In this document: positions 1 through 12,977 of the stretch, piece by piece | Numbering within the stretch: position 1 is the stretch's first letter | Layout of the letters: every line of letters starts with the position of its first letter | From: Octopus vulgaris | Taxonomy: Eukaryota | Assembly (NCBI GenBank): GCA_951406725.2 | Contig: OX597837.1 | Coordinates: 42,718,001 to 42,782,000, forward strand | Length of the DNA: 64,000 bases | Direction of reading: 5' to 3' | Made by a program: the position numbers and the translations under genes | Notes under the pieces: generated by a model | Seen by the model: only the letters and a program-made list of their open reading frames with translations | Database searches by the model: none | Told to the model about the DNA's origin: nothing

Positions 1-175
1 AGTATTGGTTTATTTACAACACCCATAAATTAGTTGTTTGGCAAAAAGAGACTAACAGAATATAGGCCAGACTTGAAATTAAGTACTGGGGTTGATCTGT
101 TTGACCTAAACCCATTCAAGGCGGTGTCTCAGCAAGGCTGCAGTCCAATGACTGGAAACAAATAACGGATAAAAG
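1..175 (+). mobile_element. Degenerate 3' half of SINE family A
   Basis: Aligns by eye to the 3' half of family A (ggcaaaaagagac...aagtactggggt...aaggcggtg...cagtccaatgactggaaacaa) with many CpG decays. Confidence 0.75.
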
Positions 176-299
176 GTGAATGTATGCGTTGACTGTAAAA
201 AGAAATTTGGGGGTGAAAAAGATTAAGAGATGTTCCACACCGCTAACACGCTGAAAAGATATCAAAAAACAACATGCCAACAAGATCAATGGCCAGCAA

Positions 300-396
300 G
301 AATGTATAGTGGAGATGCAGATCAATAAGAATTGAACAATGGCCTAGAGGTCTTCAGATCAAAGCTAGAACTGAAGAGTTCCTAATTGCTGTGTAG
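300..396 (+). pseudogene. Very decayed R4/Dong-type non-LTR retrotransposon fragment
   Basis: 337-396 translates QWPRGLQIKARTEEFLIAV*, resembling the R4/Dong motif QWLRSSGLKAETEGFLIAAQDQ. Confidence 0.45.
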
Positions 397-734
397 TGAA
401 ACCAAAGGAGATAGCATAAAGCACCAATTCCTAAACTCTGCAGCATTTCTGCTGTTTTAATCATTTCTTATACAAGAACAAGACTTGAGTGTATAAAAGA
501 CAGAGGTGAGAATTTTGTATCTTTTTCATTTCTTTTTTATTTTTCCTAAGAACATCTTACAAAATAACGATAACAATTTGGTACAGCAGCATTAAACTGG
601 TCTTTTTTTTTTGAAAGGAGAAATTGTAAGAAATATCTACCTGCGAATTTCTTAAGGACATAAGGTACAAATGAAATTTTTTTTTAAATTCTATCGTAAA
701 TTGAATCTAGATCAGTAACAACGTACAGTATATA

Positions 735-1248
735 CAAGGTCTGATCAAAAATGATCAGGATCATTGCTACAGTAACTCAGCTAAAGTATGCAGAGAGAGA
801 TGACACTCTGCACTGATTGAGTTTGAACTCTGTCATACACGCATAAGTTATAAGGTTCTTGCTCAATTCCTCTGCTTATAGCAGTGCTTGGAAGTGAAAT
901 GTGTAGAGTGTGGTCAGTTTACCACACCTCAGAGTTTCCATCAGTGACCATGGCAACAGCAGAAGTGTGTGGAAAGAGACACAGCTGGAGAATTTTTATG
1001 GCCAAGAATCTTTCCAAAAAAGGAACAAAATTTCAAGACATCAAAGAAATCCATGAGAATGTGACGAGGTAACTACTCGCTATCCCAAGAAAGGAGTTCC
1101 AGAAATGCTTCCATCAATGGAAAACAATGCTGGATAAAGTGCATGGCTTCAGAAGGGGACGACTCTGAAGGAAACTAAATGCTGAATTGATAGGTGCTGT
1201 AGTTTTGTTTTTATTGCATTGGCCCCAATACTCTTTCGACAGACCTTA
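735..1248 (+). mobile_element. Internally deleted mariner transposon remnant
   Basis: TA-flanked imperfect TIRs (caaggtctgatcaaaa / ctttcgacagacctta). 1019-1178 translates KGTKFQDIKEIHENVTR*LLAIPRKEFQKCFHQWK/CWIKCMASEGDDSEGN*, a mariner transposase C-terminus. Confidence 0.85.
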
Positions 1249-1465
1249 TATGCCTCAAATATTGACCAAAAAAACCCAAAAAAAACAACAACAAAAAATT
1301 ATAGCCATCATAGGTACAAGCATGACTTTATGGTGACATGTAATGGTTTATAATAAGAGGGCAACTTGCACATTAAGGGCAAAATTATGTACACCATGAT
1401 GGCTACTACACAGAATTAGCAACCTCTGGGACAGTTCACCAACTTTATATGCTGTCTTTAAGTAG

Positions 1466-1660
1466 TTAAACTTTTAGCACTTAGATTACTGTCACAATGT
1501 TTTGAATTCATCATACACTATCTCATAAATTTGAGATATTGATGGTTTGCTTATTTTTGAAATGACATTGTAGGGTATGTGCAAGAAGTTGGATCTGACC
1601 AGTTTCAACATTAAACGGGTAGAATATTTGGGTTGGATATGGCCAGTTTTGAATGATAAA
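1466..1660 (-). mobile_element. TTAA-type (piggyBac-like) MITE, degenerate
   Basis: Reverse-complement homology to 2175-2381 and 42827-43358; TTAA at 1466. Confidence 0.7.
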
Positions 1661-1676
1661 TTTTTTTTTACCATAT

Positions 1677-2134
1677 GAGCGTGATCGTTGACAGAGCGGC
1701 TAACCGGCTTCCATGCCAGTGGCACATAAAAGGCACCTTACTGGCACTTGTGCCCCGTGCTAGTAGGGTGCTAAGAGCACCATCCGAGTGCGATTGTTGC
1801 CAGAGTGGCTAACTGGCTTCCGTGCAGGTGGCAGGTAAGAGGCACCATTCGAGCAGGATCGTTACCAGCATCGCCTTACTGGCACCTGTGCTGTTGGCAT
1901 GTGTAAAAAGATTCAAGCAAGTTCGTTGCCAGTACCGCCTGACTGGCCCTGTGCCAGTGGCATGTAAAAAGCACCCACTACACTCTCGGAGTGGTTTGCG
2001 TTAGGAAGGGCATCCAGCTGTAGAAACTGCCTGATCAAGACTGGAACCTGTTGCAGCCATCTGGTTTCCCAGCCCTCAGTCAAACCGTCCAACCCATGCT
2101 AGCATGGAAAGCTTATGTTAAACGATGATGATGA
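1677..2134 (+). mobile_element. Family B retroposon (RTE-like 3' region) with internal tandem modules and (GAT)n tail
   Basis: Repeated gtgccggtggcacgtaaaaggcacc-like modules, gttaggaagggcatccagctgtagaaa motif, ...gttaaacgatgatgatga tail; homologous to 2572-3211, 3474-3631 and 9505-9813. Confidence 0.85.
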
Positions 2135-2174
2135 TTCATTTATTTTGTAGTAAAAGTGGATAGCAGAAAGAATG

Positions 2175-2381
2175 TTAACCCTTTAGCATTCAAAATGACC
2201 ATATCTGACCCAAAATATTCTACTCGTTTTATGTTAAATCTCCTTGACAATGTCATTCAGCACATAAACAATCACATCATTGAAATCTCAAAGCTACAAG
2301 ACAATGCAACAGGATCAATTCAGAACAATGTGATATATATATGTTAACGTTGACAGAGTAATATGATTGTTAAAGGATTAA
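2175..2381 (+). mobile_element. TTAA-type (piggyBac-like) MITE
   Basis: ttaaCCCTTTAGCATTC ... GATTGTTAAAGGAttaa termini; TTAA on both sides. Confidence 0.8.
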
Positions 2382-2571
2382 TCAAAAGTACAAATAACTA
2401 TGTTATTTGGAATGCAAGAGTCTATTTCTGGAACTCTTTCACAATCTGTGCTTTTACAAATGTTGGTCAAAGAAAGAATATATAACTTATGTTTTTGTAT
2501 AGTCTACATAGTAGTAATCCTGTTTGCTAATTTACAATTACATTTTTTTTTTGCGGGGGGAGACCATAATC

Positions 2572-3210
2572 TCGTGGCCTCTGCCAGGGATGTAACCAGC
2601 CCACTTATGCGTACCTTTTCCTTCTCTGGACACTAAAACTCTGCTTGCGAAGACCTGTTGAGGCAAGTGAAATCAAAATCTAAATCAGATTCGATGACTG
2701 GCGTCCGTGCTAGCAACGTGCGAAGAGCATGAGTGTGATCACTGACAGAGCGGCAAACCGGCTTCAGTGCCAGTGGCACTTAAAAGGCACCATTCGAGCA
2801 TGATCGTTACCAGCGTCACCTTACTGGCACTTGAGCCCCATGCTAGTAGAGTATTAAGAGCACCATCCGAGCATCATCGTTGCCAGAGCAGCTATCTGGC
2901 CTCCATGCCGGTGGCACGTAGAAGACACCATTTGAGCGTGATCGTTACCAGCATCGCCTTACTGGCACCTGTGCCGGTGGCATGTGTAAAAAGATTCGAG
3001 CAATTTCGTTGCCAGTACCGCCTGACTGGCCCCGTGCCAGTGGCACATAAAAGCATCCACTACACTTTTGGAGTGGTTGGCGTTAGGAAGGGCATCCAGC
3101 TGTAAAAACTCTGCCAGATCAAGATTGAAGCCTGGTGCAGCCATCTGGTTTGCCAGCCCTCAGTCATTCGTCCAACCCATGCTAGCATGGAAAGTGGACG
3201 TTAAACGATG

Positions 3211-3211
<1 letters not shown>
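2572..3211 (+). mobile_element. Family B retroposon, longer 5'-truncated copy
   Basis: Same modules and 3' end as 1677-2134. Confidence 0.85.
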
Positions 3212-3470
<259 letters not shown>

Positions 3471-3473
3471 ATG

Positions 3474-3631
3474 CTACACTCACGGAGTGGTTGGCGTTAG
3501 GAAGGGCATCCAGCTGTAGAAACATTGCCAGATCAGACTGGGCCTGGTGCAGCCTTCTGGCTTCCCAGACCTCAGTTGAACCGTCCAACCCATGCCAGCA
3601 TGGAAAGCGGACGTTAAATGATGATGATGAT
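3474..3631 (+). mobile_element. Family B retroposon, short 3' fragment
   Basis: ctacactcacggagtggttggcgttaggaagggc...acgttaaatgatgatgatga. Confidence 0.85.
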
Positions 3632-4131
3632 ATATGATACATATATATATAATATAGTTATATATATATATATATATATATTTATATAATTACAGTTTGG
3701 TGCCCACCTACTTAGTTTTTTTTTATGACTCTCTTTCAAGTCATATTTTAGAATAAAGATTTTGTACAGACACGTTTACGATGTTGTTTTGATAAGATTA
3801 ATAAAACAACTTTTACCTATTTTATTTTCAGGTAGCCTTCGTAACAAAAAAATAAGCTGTGAGTAAACAGAACCGGTGAGATGAGGGGGTCACCAAAACT
3901 GTAGCCTATGCCCAAGTTGTTTTGTCCCCTTAAGAGTAAGTACACACAAAAAATAAATAAATAAAATAATAATTAATACCTAGTGGATATTGTGGTCCGG
4001 TATTATCATCTGGGGAGCCTCTGGCTTAACGACAGTTATACTACGTTACGGTTGAGATGTCGTGAAACCGACCTGAGACAAACAAATATTTAACGAGAAC
4101 TTCGTCAAAAATTGTCTCACCCCCACCCGGA

Positions 4132-4300
4132 ACTTACACAAAATATGAAGGTTACGCCAAGCCGTTTTTCTAATTGAAAAATATACTTTCTACCAAGCAC
4201 CCTCTCTCTATATTATGCAACAAAAAGCTGAATGACAACTTTAACAAAAGACGATATTCGTCTGCTTAAAAGTTCATACCGGTTACTTCCGGTTTCAAAA
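4132..4300 (-). promoter_or_regulatory. Putative promoter and non-coding first exon of a leftward gene
   Basis: ETS-type CCGGAAGT on - at 4285-4292 and GTAAGT donor on - at 4132-4137; CpG-rich here, CpG-poor to the left. Confidence 0.35.
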
Positions 4301-4684
4301 ATAACTTACAACACGTGAAGAACTACAGAAGCTACTGATAGAAATAGTAACACTATCTCAACGGCGATTTCAAGGGATCCCAGGCTCTTGTAAAAATTTC
4401 CTGGGGTTTCGCAACATAAGGATGAAGGAGGGGGTGAAGTAGTGAGGTTTTGTAAAAATAAAATAAATCATTTAATTAAAATACGAGGCAGACTTTCGGA
4501 ATAGCTGTCCCGCACAAGTTGGAATTTCTGCGCTTTAGTCGGAATTTTTTCAATTTTTTGTATTTACATATTTCAAAACAATATAGGGAAGCCTTAAAAA
4601 TAATAATTAAAAAAAAGGTATCTATGTGGGACAGCCATTTCAAAGCTCTGTTACTGTTTCTCTCTAAACAATTTTGAGAAGAGG

Positions 4685-4778
4685 GGCGAAGCTAAAGAAT
4701 CCGTACACCACCCGTTTTCGGCGTTTAGGGTTACGGTTACGCCGAAAACGGGTGGTGTGCGTATTCTTTACCTCCGCC
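4685..4778. mobile_element. 94-bp hairpin MITE (GG...CC) with telomere-like loop
   Basis: About 40-bp arms around tttagggttacggtt; flanks gagaagagg / gagaagggg (9-bp TSD, 1 mismatch). Confidence 0.8.
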
Positions 4779-5259
4779 GAGAAGGGGAACTCCGTAAAAT
4801 ATAAGGTATGGATCCCTCGATATTTGGAAAAAAAAAATTATATAAACGTACTGCGACAAAATAATCTCAGAACTCCTGTCTTAAATCACCATTAAACTGG
4901 CTTAAGAAAAACAAAAAGGAAGAAAGGGCACATGAGATAGCGTAGTCCTAGATAGTTATGGCCAAGAACACTTAATGGTCTGCAAGTCTGTTTATGAACT
5001 CGATGATCGGGGCCACGTCTCCAGACTTAGAAATAACAACACCAGCAGCGAACACACACCCCCTACCGCATGTTATCCTAGCATGCAGTCGCCACACATC
5101 TCACCCTCTCCCTCCCAATTTCTTGCCGGCAGATAAACGTCTGGGTGGAGCCACCAATTAGGGGCTTTTTGGGGCGACGATCTCCTTTGAAGTCACAGCC
5201 AGTGAAAAGTGCAGTAGCCCTCCCCTCTACAATATTTTATATATATATATATATATATA

Positions 5260-5631
<372 letters not shown>

Positions 5632-5955
5632 AACACACACACAAGACCACGAAAACTACTAAAGTGTTAAAAAGTCACAACTCTACGCAGTCCCTCGAGT
5701 TGCTAGAAATAGAAGTCAAATCGCCTCGATATTTTACAGCCATTAATTGTAGTAGAAAAAGTGTATATTGAAAAAGACAGGATCAACCCGATTGGAAGGA
5801 ATACTTCCGGCCAAAGGTCAAATCGGTCAGGAGTGACCTGGAATCACACAACAATAACAAGAATTAATTATTTCTCACTAAAACGAAAGAAAACTTCTTT
5901 TTTTTTTTCATAGTAGATTCATTCCTTTAATATTTTAACGGGTACGGATCCCGGC

Positions 5956-6363
5956 GGAATTCTTCTTTAAGCACGCTATATAACCCTTCATAGCTTTTTA
6001 TTTCTTGGGAATTAAAAAAAAAAATTTTGCAAATTTGTCCTACACACGGGAATTCATACGATTATGCGAAAAAAGAAAAAAAAATTTTTTTTGCTGCGTG
6101 ATTTAAGGAGTATTTAGCTGCTATTTCTAGCACATCATACAACCACCTCTCGTTTGTTTGTAAGTCTGATGTAGTGATGTTTTTTCAATATCTTTCTCCT
6201 CATAAATAATACATTTAGTGATCTACATCTGGGATTTAAGCCAAAAATTCGGGCTGTTCATATTTTAAACTCTGATTAAAAAAAAAAAACTCGAAAAGTT
6301 AAAAAATATATTTCTGAAAATTCCGGTCAGTAAGAAAAAGTTATGCTTTAAAAGCAAAATTCC
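5956..6363. mobile_element. MITE-like element with GGAATT.../...AATTCC termini
   Basis: Inverted ends ggaattcttcttt / aaagcaaaattcc; terminal ~110 bp recurs at 11956, 12870 (-) and 30783 (-). Confidence 0.55.
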
Positions 6364-6403
6364 TCCCATATCCGAAACACCGAAATAAAAATAAAAAATA
6401 CAA

Positions 6404-6792
6404 GCAGTGTGGTAAGTAGCTTGCTAACCAGCCACATGGTTCTGGGTTCAGTCCCACTGCGTAGCATCTTGGGCAAGAGTCTTCTGCTATAGCCCCGGGC
6501 CGACCAATGCCTTGTGAGTGTATTTGGTAGACGGAAACTGAAAGAAGCCTGTCGTATATATGTATATATATATATAAGTGTTTGTGTGTCTGTGTTTGTC
6601 CCCCTAGCATCGCTTGACAACCGATGCTGGTGTGTTTACGTCCCCGTCACTTGGCGGTTCGGCAAAAAGAGACCGATAGAATAAGTACTGGGCTTAGAAA
6701 GAATAAGTCCCGGGGTCGATTTGCTCGACTAAAAGGCCGTGCTCCAGCATGGCCGCAGTCAAAATGACTGAAACAAGTAAAAGAGTAAAGAG
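6404..6792 (+). mobile_element. SINE family A (tRNA-like head, internal microsatellite, (AAAGAGT)n tail)
   Basis: gtgtggtaagtagc (A box) ... ggttcagtccc (B box); near-identical to 10522-10908 and 36910-37313. Confidence 0.9.
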
Positions 6793-7532
6793 AGAGAGAG
6801 TATTTGAGAGGATTCAAATTCAAGGTGAAAAAGTGTGTGTGTGTGTGTGTGTGTGTGTACGTATGTATATAGATATAGTAGGAAAATCTATAACGAATGA
6901 AAAAAAAAGCGTAAAATCTTTTAAAAAGCGGTAAGTGTGAATGAATGAGTATAGCAGTGTGTATTAAGTGTTATCGCAACAAAAGGAAAACTTACTTTTT
7001 TTATATAAAAGTTCTTCTTTTGTTAAATGAATCGCTAAAGTTCCTTTGTAGAGAAGTAACTAACACAGAAACTAGTAAGTACTACTATTATCAGGCTTTC
7101 AACAATAGTATGAAGATATGAAACAAACTTTTTAAAAGGCTCCGAACTACTGACAGTTTTGTACATGTATATAAGTAAGTTAGTAAGAGACAAAAGTACA
7201 TGTCAAAAAGAGAAGCGTCACCAGCGATCAGCCACTACACGTTACTTTAGTCTCTCTCTTTCTCCCTCTCTGCTGTAGTTGAGGGCGGTAAAAGTAGTGG
7301 ATGCGGCGGTGATAGTCAACGTTGATTAGGAAGATACAGAGGTGGTGGCGACGGAGGGTGAGGACTAACGCGGTTCATGCACTAAGTTCTCTCTCCATAT
7401 GCTAACTTTGCAAAATGTCAATGAGAGATCGGCGGGTCTTCTCCTTTGCCTACGTTCCTCTCTCTATTTGTAGACGATCGCTAAAAAAAGAAAAAAAAAT
7501 AGCAGCCAAATTTCCCTCAAATTAAAGTCTTG

Positions 7533-7947
7533 GGATCTTTTCGGTTTGACCGGCAGTTTTTTTAAATAATTTCCACGTAACTAAACACTTTTAAACTTCG
7601 TATATACTGGTAGAATGTGTTTATAAAACATCTTTTTCTCTTGGCTTTATTGAGAAACTTCTATAGTTTGTACGATATTTGTTGTTTTTTTTTCTTCAAT
7701 TTCTGCAATTTCAACCAATCAGTGACGTCTATTGAAGTAAAAAGCATTCTGTGCCGTATGAATATGTCCCTCGTTTAAGAAACAGATTGGGTTTATTTAC
7801 ATATCTGAAGAAAAAAGATACCCTTCCCCCCACCCCTAACCCTAAAACAGATTGAAATGCAATAGATCGATACAAGGGTCATAATTATGGGTGACAATTT
7901 CATATGACACCGCTAGAAAAAAACTGCCGTTCAAACAGAAAAGATCC
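7533..7947. mobile_element. MITE with GGATCTTTTCGGTTTGA TIRs (Merlin-like)
   Basis: About 30-bp TIRs; perfect 8-bp TSD AAGTCTTG (7525-7532 / 7948-7955); internal ccctaaccctaa. Confidence 0.9.
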
Positions 7948-8352
7948 AAGTCTTGAAAGGTGAGGGTCACATTAGATGATACAGTCGATCGACCCTGAAA
8001 AGATGGAAGGTAGAGTCGAGATCAACGGAATTTGAAAACAGGAAATGCCGCCGCGAGGCATTGTGTCCGACGTATAAACGATTCGGCCAAGCTCGCCGGC
8101 TTATGAACGGATGTAATTATAAAAGGATGAAGAGTGTCAAAAATGAGTTTTTTAGGGCACGGTGTCAAGATCAAGAGAGGATGCTGACAAAGACGAAAAG
8201 AAAGTCAGTAAATAGAAATGAATTAAAAGATATATAGGACACAATTGTGTATGTGTATGTGTAGGTACGTACGTACGTACGTACATACATACATACATAC
8301 ATACATACATACATACATACATACATACATACATACACACATACATACATAC

Positions 8353-8394
<42 letters not shown>

Positions 8395-8505
8395 GACTTC
8401 CCTTTGCAAATACTGACAGGACACAGATAGTGTGTCTATGGCCAGCTGGAGGAGTGTGTCCTCCTGGGGCTAAAAACTACAGTAGCATCCATATATATAT
8501 ATACG

Positions 8506-8553
<48 letters not shown>

Positions 8554-8736
8554 TAAATGAAAGAATGGAGTCGAACGACGATTTTCTGACGTGAATTTGC
8601 AACCCGGGTATCGGTTAACCGAATTATCCATACTTGGATTAATCCATTCACCTACTTATATATATATACATTCTAATATATTCACTGTGTATGCTTAGTT
8701 GACTTTTGAAGTTTTATTTTTAACTTTTAATCTATC

Positions 8737-9280
8737 TCTTTTACTTTGTCATTTGGCTGCGGCCATGCTGTAGCACCACCTGGAAGGATTTTAGTCGAAC
8801 ATATCGCCCCTGGGACTTTTTTCCTTTAAAGTCTAGTAATTATTCCATCGGTCTTTTGGATCGAACCGCTAAGTTACCGGGACGTAAGCTCACTAACACC
8901 GGTCGTCAAGCGGTGGTAGGGAACAAACTAAGACACACACATACATATATACATATACACGACAGGCTTCTTTCTGTTTCCATCTACCAAATCCACTCAC
9001 GAAGGTTTGTTCGGCCCGAGGCTATAGTAAGACAGTGTCCAAGTTTCCATCTACCAAATTCCTTCACAAGGCGTTGGTCAGCTCGGGACTATAGAAGATA
9101 GTTGTCCAAGGTGTGACGCAGTGACATTGCATAGGTATGGCTGCGTGGTAAGTAGCTTGCTTACCAACCACATGGTTCCGAGTTCAGTTCCACTACGTGT
9201 CTTCCACTCTAGCCTCGGACCGACCAAGCCTTGTGAGTGGATTGTGATAGACAGAAACTGAAAGAAGCCCATTGTGTGTG
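8737..9280. mobile_element. Cluster of degenerate family A SINE pieces (- then +)
   Basis: Family A motifs in both orientations. Confidence 0.8.
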
Positions 9281-9339
9281 TGCACGCGTGAATAGGAAAA
9301 AAGTATGATGCATACAAGAGGTTGTTTATACCAGTGTTC

Positions 9340-9505
9340 CCTACGCACGATTCACCATTGTGGCTTTTTGCATTCCCAGCAGAGGGTGTTGCTAGTGCAT
9401 TTGAATGCAGATGCACAACGGCTCTTCGACGGAGGACTTTATTACATAATGTGGACACAGAGCAAATGCTTGTAACGAAACTCTATGTGCAGCTCTAAAT
9501 TCACC
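9340..9505 (-). pseudogene. Possible piggyBac transposase C-terminal Cys-rich remnant
   Basis: Minus frames give GEFRAAH...KSRCASAFKCTSNTLCWECKKPQ, with Cys spacing like a piggyBac CRD; broken by stops and frameshifts. Confidence 0.3.
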
Positions 9506-9813
9506 AGGTCTCTCTGTCACACTTTTAACCTGTCATCACCTGGCACAAAGTCACCTCCTTCAATGCCCCCTTCTCTGTCAAAGGACCTTTGCTTTGCAAG
9601 TTCCTCGGTGACCCTGCCAGTGCTGGTGCCACGTAAAAAAAAACCACTGTAAAGTGGTTGGCGTCAAGAAAGGCATCCAATCGTAAAAACCATGTCAAAA
9701 CAAATACTGAATGCCTGGTGCGGTCTTCTGCCTAACCAGCTTCTGTCCAACCGTCCAACCCATGTCAGCATGAAAAGCAAACGTTAAATGATGATGATGA
9801 ATGATGATGATGA
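9505..9813 (+). mobile_element. Family B retroposon, older subfamily
   Basis: gttggcgtcaagaaaggcatcc motif and acgttaaatgatgatgat tail. Confidence 0.75.
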
Positions 9814-10020
9814 TCTCACGGCTCAGAACAAGTTCTCACGGGTCACACGACCTTGTTGACCTGTCATTGAAACACACAAACACGTGCTCGCCCGTTTTAA
9901 CAGAAAGGAAGAGATTAACGGTCAAGCGTGAGAAAACCGGGAAAATTTCAGAAAGGGTGCCATGCCCAGAAATACTATTCAGCACATTACTAAATACGTG
10001 TGTGGGTGTGTGTGGGTGTG

Positions 10021-10051
<31 letters not shown>

Positions 10052-10234
10052 ATGAGTGTATGGTCGAGTCAGTTTCTTGCTAGTCTGGAGTTTCGCTTGT
10101 GTTCTCAGGATCGTCAGACATGTCGTGGTTTGTTTGATGGCTCTGTGAACACAATACTCTAAGTAAAAGTATCAACCTTCACTATGGGGGGGGGGGCTAG
10201 AGTCTCGTGCGCGTGTGTATAGATGTGTGTGAAT

Positions 10235-10521
10235 GGCGCATGGCTCAGTGGTTAGGGTGTTGCATTCACGACTGCGTGATCGTGGTTTCGATTCCCAAAC
10301 CGGGCGTTGCGTTCTATTCTTGAGCAAAGCACTTCATATCACGTTGCTCTGCGATCATTTCGTCATCTGACACGTGGCACCCGTTGCACCTATACAGGTA
10401 GTGTCGATCTGATAGAGAGAGCGATCTTATGATAACAGAAACATTTGATCACTATAAACAAATCATTTGTATGGTTGTTCAGCAAGGAATTGCCGAACCC
10501 TCATACATCGTCTAACGACGA
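10235..10521 (+). mobile_element. tRNA-derived SINE family D, degenerate
   Basis: ggcgcatggctcagtggttag A box, ggtttcgattccc B box, ttgagcaaagcactt core. Confidence 0.8.
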
Positions 10522-10906
10522 GAGTGGCTGTGTGGTAAGTAGCTTGCTTACCGACCACATGGTTTCGGGTTCAGTCCCACTTGGGCAAATATCTTCTACT
10601 ATAGCCTCGGGCCGACCAAGGCCTTGTGAGTGGATTTGGTAGACGGAAACTGAAAGAAGCCCGTCGTATATATGTATGTGTATATATATGTAGGTGTGTG
10701 CTTGTGTGTGTGTGTGTGTTTGTCCCCCCAACATCGCTTGATGCTGGTGTGTTTACGTCCCCGTAACTTAGCGGTTCGGCAAAGAGACCGATAGAATAAG
10801 TACTAGGCTTACAAAGAATAAGTCCTGGGGTCGATTTGTTCGACTAAAGGCGGTGCTTCAGCATGGCCGCAGTCAAATAACTGAAACAAGTAAAAGAGTA
10901 AAAGAG

Positions 10907-10908
<2 letters not shown>
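10522..10908 (+). mobile_element. SINE family A
   Basis: Near full-length copy. Confidence 0.9.
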
Positions 10909-10973
<65 letters not shown>

Positions 10974-11325
10974 AAAACACATATATAGAACGCTAAGTAG
11001 ATTTTTCTCGCCCCTTATAAAACATCCAATATTCCTTAAATAGTCAGAACTTTATTCTCGGTCACAAAGAACACCCACAACTCACCCACATGATTGTGAC
11101 CCGTTAAATTCTTCAGCCACCGGTTCTCAACATACACTGATAAAAGTTTCGCCATGGGCTCTTAGGAGCATAGTTCGATTTGTTTTTGCTCCGCCTCTGT
11201 TCTGTTTTTGTTTTTCCAACGGTGAAGAGAAAGAGTCCCATTATTCAATCGGATTTTGGTAATTTGTGCCTTTCGAAACACGTGTAGAATGAAATAAACG
11301 ATTTCTGTTCAATATATTTCTTCAA

Positions 11326-11381
<56 letters not shown>

Positions 11382-11449
11382 GAAATAAGGTACTCAGAAA
11401 TTTGGATGGTTTTATATTTACAGATATTGATTAATATGTCATATCATAT

Positions 11450-11487
11450 ATTGAGCGCTTGCGTCCACTCTAGTGGAGTCGTCAGAC
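11450..11487 (-). ncRNA. Decayed minimal hammerhead motif
   Basis: Minus: agt CTGACGA c tccac taga gtgga c GCAA gcgc TC aat; GAAA mutated to GCAA. Confidence 0.5.
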
Positions 11488-11809
11488 TGAACGTTTTCGG
11501 GAATTTTGTCTCTTTTTATAGAATTATTGAGTGTGTAGGGTTGGAGAGATATATAAGATAGTACAAGAGGGTGAGGATATTGGAGAAAGTGAGTGCGTGT
11601 GTGTGTGTGTGCTTTTGTATCTGAAGGAAGTGTCAATGGAAAAGAGAAGGAAAGGAAGAAGGAAGAGAGAAAGAAGAAAAAATGCATTTATGTATTTGTT
11701 TTGTAAGGTTCCTGATGTGAAATCGTGTGTTGAAACAGATTTTGTTATACTTGGGGACGGTCATATTTTGCCAATTACACACGCACTGCATATTTGGTTT
11801 CACTTCAGC

Positions 11810-11859
<50 letters not shown>

Positions 11860-11955
11860 CTTAATTTCTTTGGCAAAGCTTTTTCGTCACACATCCTGTG
11901 ACTTCAGCGATTCTCTAACCTACGTGTCTCTTCCCAATGCCAGAGAAGACACATG

Positions 11956-12977
11956 CGGAATTCTACTCTAAACATGTCATATAACTAGCCATAACTTGTT
12001 TATTTTGGGGAATTTTCAGAATATTTTTACCAATTTGTATTTCTACACACAGGAATTCACACGATAATTAATATATATATATAAATTTTACACATTAAAA
12101 AAAAATCACTCTTTAAAATATGGACAGTCCGAATTTTTGGCTTAAATCTTAGCAATAAACCATTAAATGTGTTTATGAGAAGAAAGATGTGCTAAAATAG
12201 CGGATCTTTTCCTTTTGAACGGCATACAATTTCTAGTTAACTCAACACTTTAAAACTTCGTATACTGGTAGAATGTATCAAAATAAAATATTTTATTCTC
12301 TCGGCTTTCTTGAGAAAATTGTAATTCGTTTGTTTAACGTAGTTTAATTTTTCGAATTTTAACCAATGAATCGCCTCTAATTGAGCTAAAATCATTTGCT
12401 GCGTCTAAAACTGAGACAACATCCTGTCACTAACCCTAACCCTCACCCTAACCCTAATTTTTTTTTCTTAATTGTTAAATTAATTTAATTGTTACGCGTG
12501 TAAAAAAAAACGAAACAATTAAATTAATTTAACAATTAAGAAAAAAAATTTAGGGTTAGGGTGAAGTTTGACAGGATGTTGTCTCAGTTTTAGACGCAGC
12601 AAATGATTTTAGCTCAATGGAGGTAATCGATTGGTTAAAATTGCCGAAATGTTCGAAATTTCAGACGAAATATCTTAGAAACCATAGAATTTTCTCAATA
12701 AAACCAAGAGAAAATGTTTTATAAACACATTCTACCAGTATACGAAGTTTAAAACGTTTTAGTTACCTAGAAATTATGTTACAAAGTGCCGTTCAAAAGG
12801 AAAAGATCCAAAATAGCAGCTAAATTGCCCTTAAATCACACAACAAAAAATGTCTTTGTTTTAGTACAAATTGTATGAATTCCCGTGCGTAGAAGACAAA
12901 TTCGCAAAAATTTTCTGAAAAATCCCCAAAATAAAAAAGTTGCTGACCGTTATATGGCGTGCTTAAGGCAGAATTTC
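11956..12977. mobile_element. GGAATT-terminus MITE hosting a nested MITE
   Basis: Inverted ~110-bp ends (11956-12070 vs 12870-12977). Confidence 0.6.
12202..12809. mobile_element. Fold-back Merlin-like MITE with inverted telomere-like tracts
   Basis: TIRs ggatcttttccttttgaacggca / tgccgttcaaaaggaaaagatcc; perfect TSD AAAATAGC (12194-12201 / 12810-12817); (ccctaa)n at ~12431 and (ttaggg)n at ~12550. Confidence 0.9.

Noticed and set aside
1677-3100. CRISPR-like repeat-spacer pattern
   Set aside because: The intervening sequences are themselves repeated, the context is a eukaryotic retroposon, and there are no cas genes
3832-3941. Plus-strand exon-like segment (tttcag ... gtaagt)
   Set aside because: No recognisable coding content; splice-like motifs are common by chance
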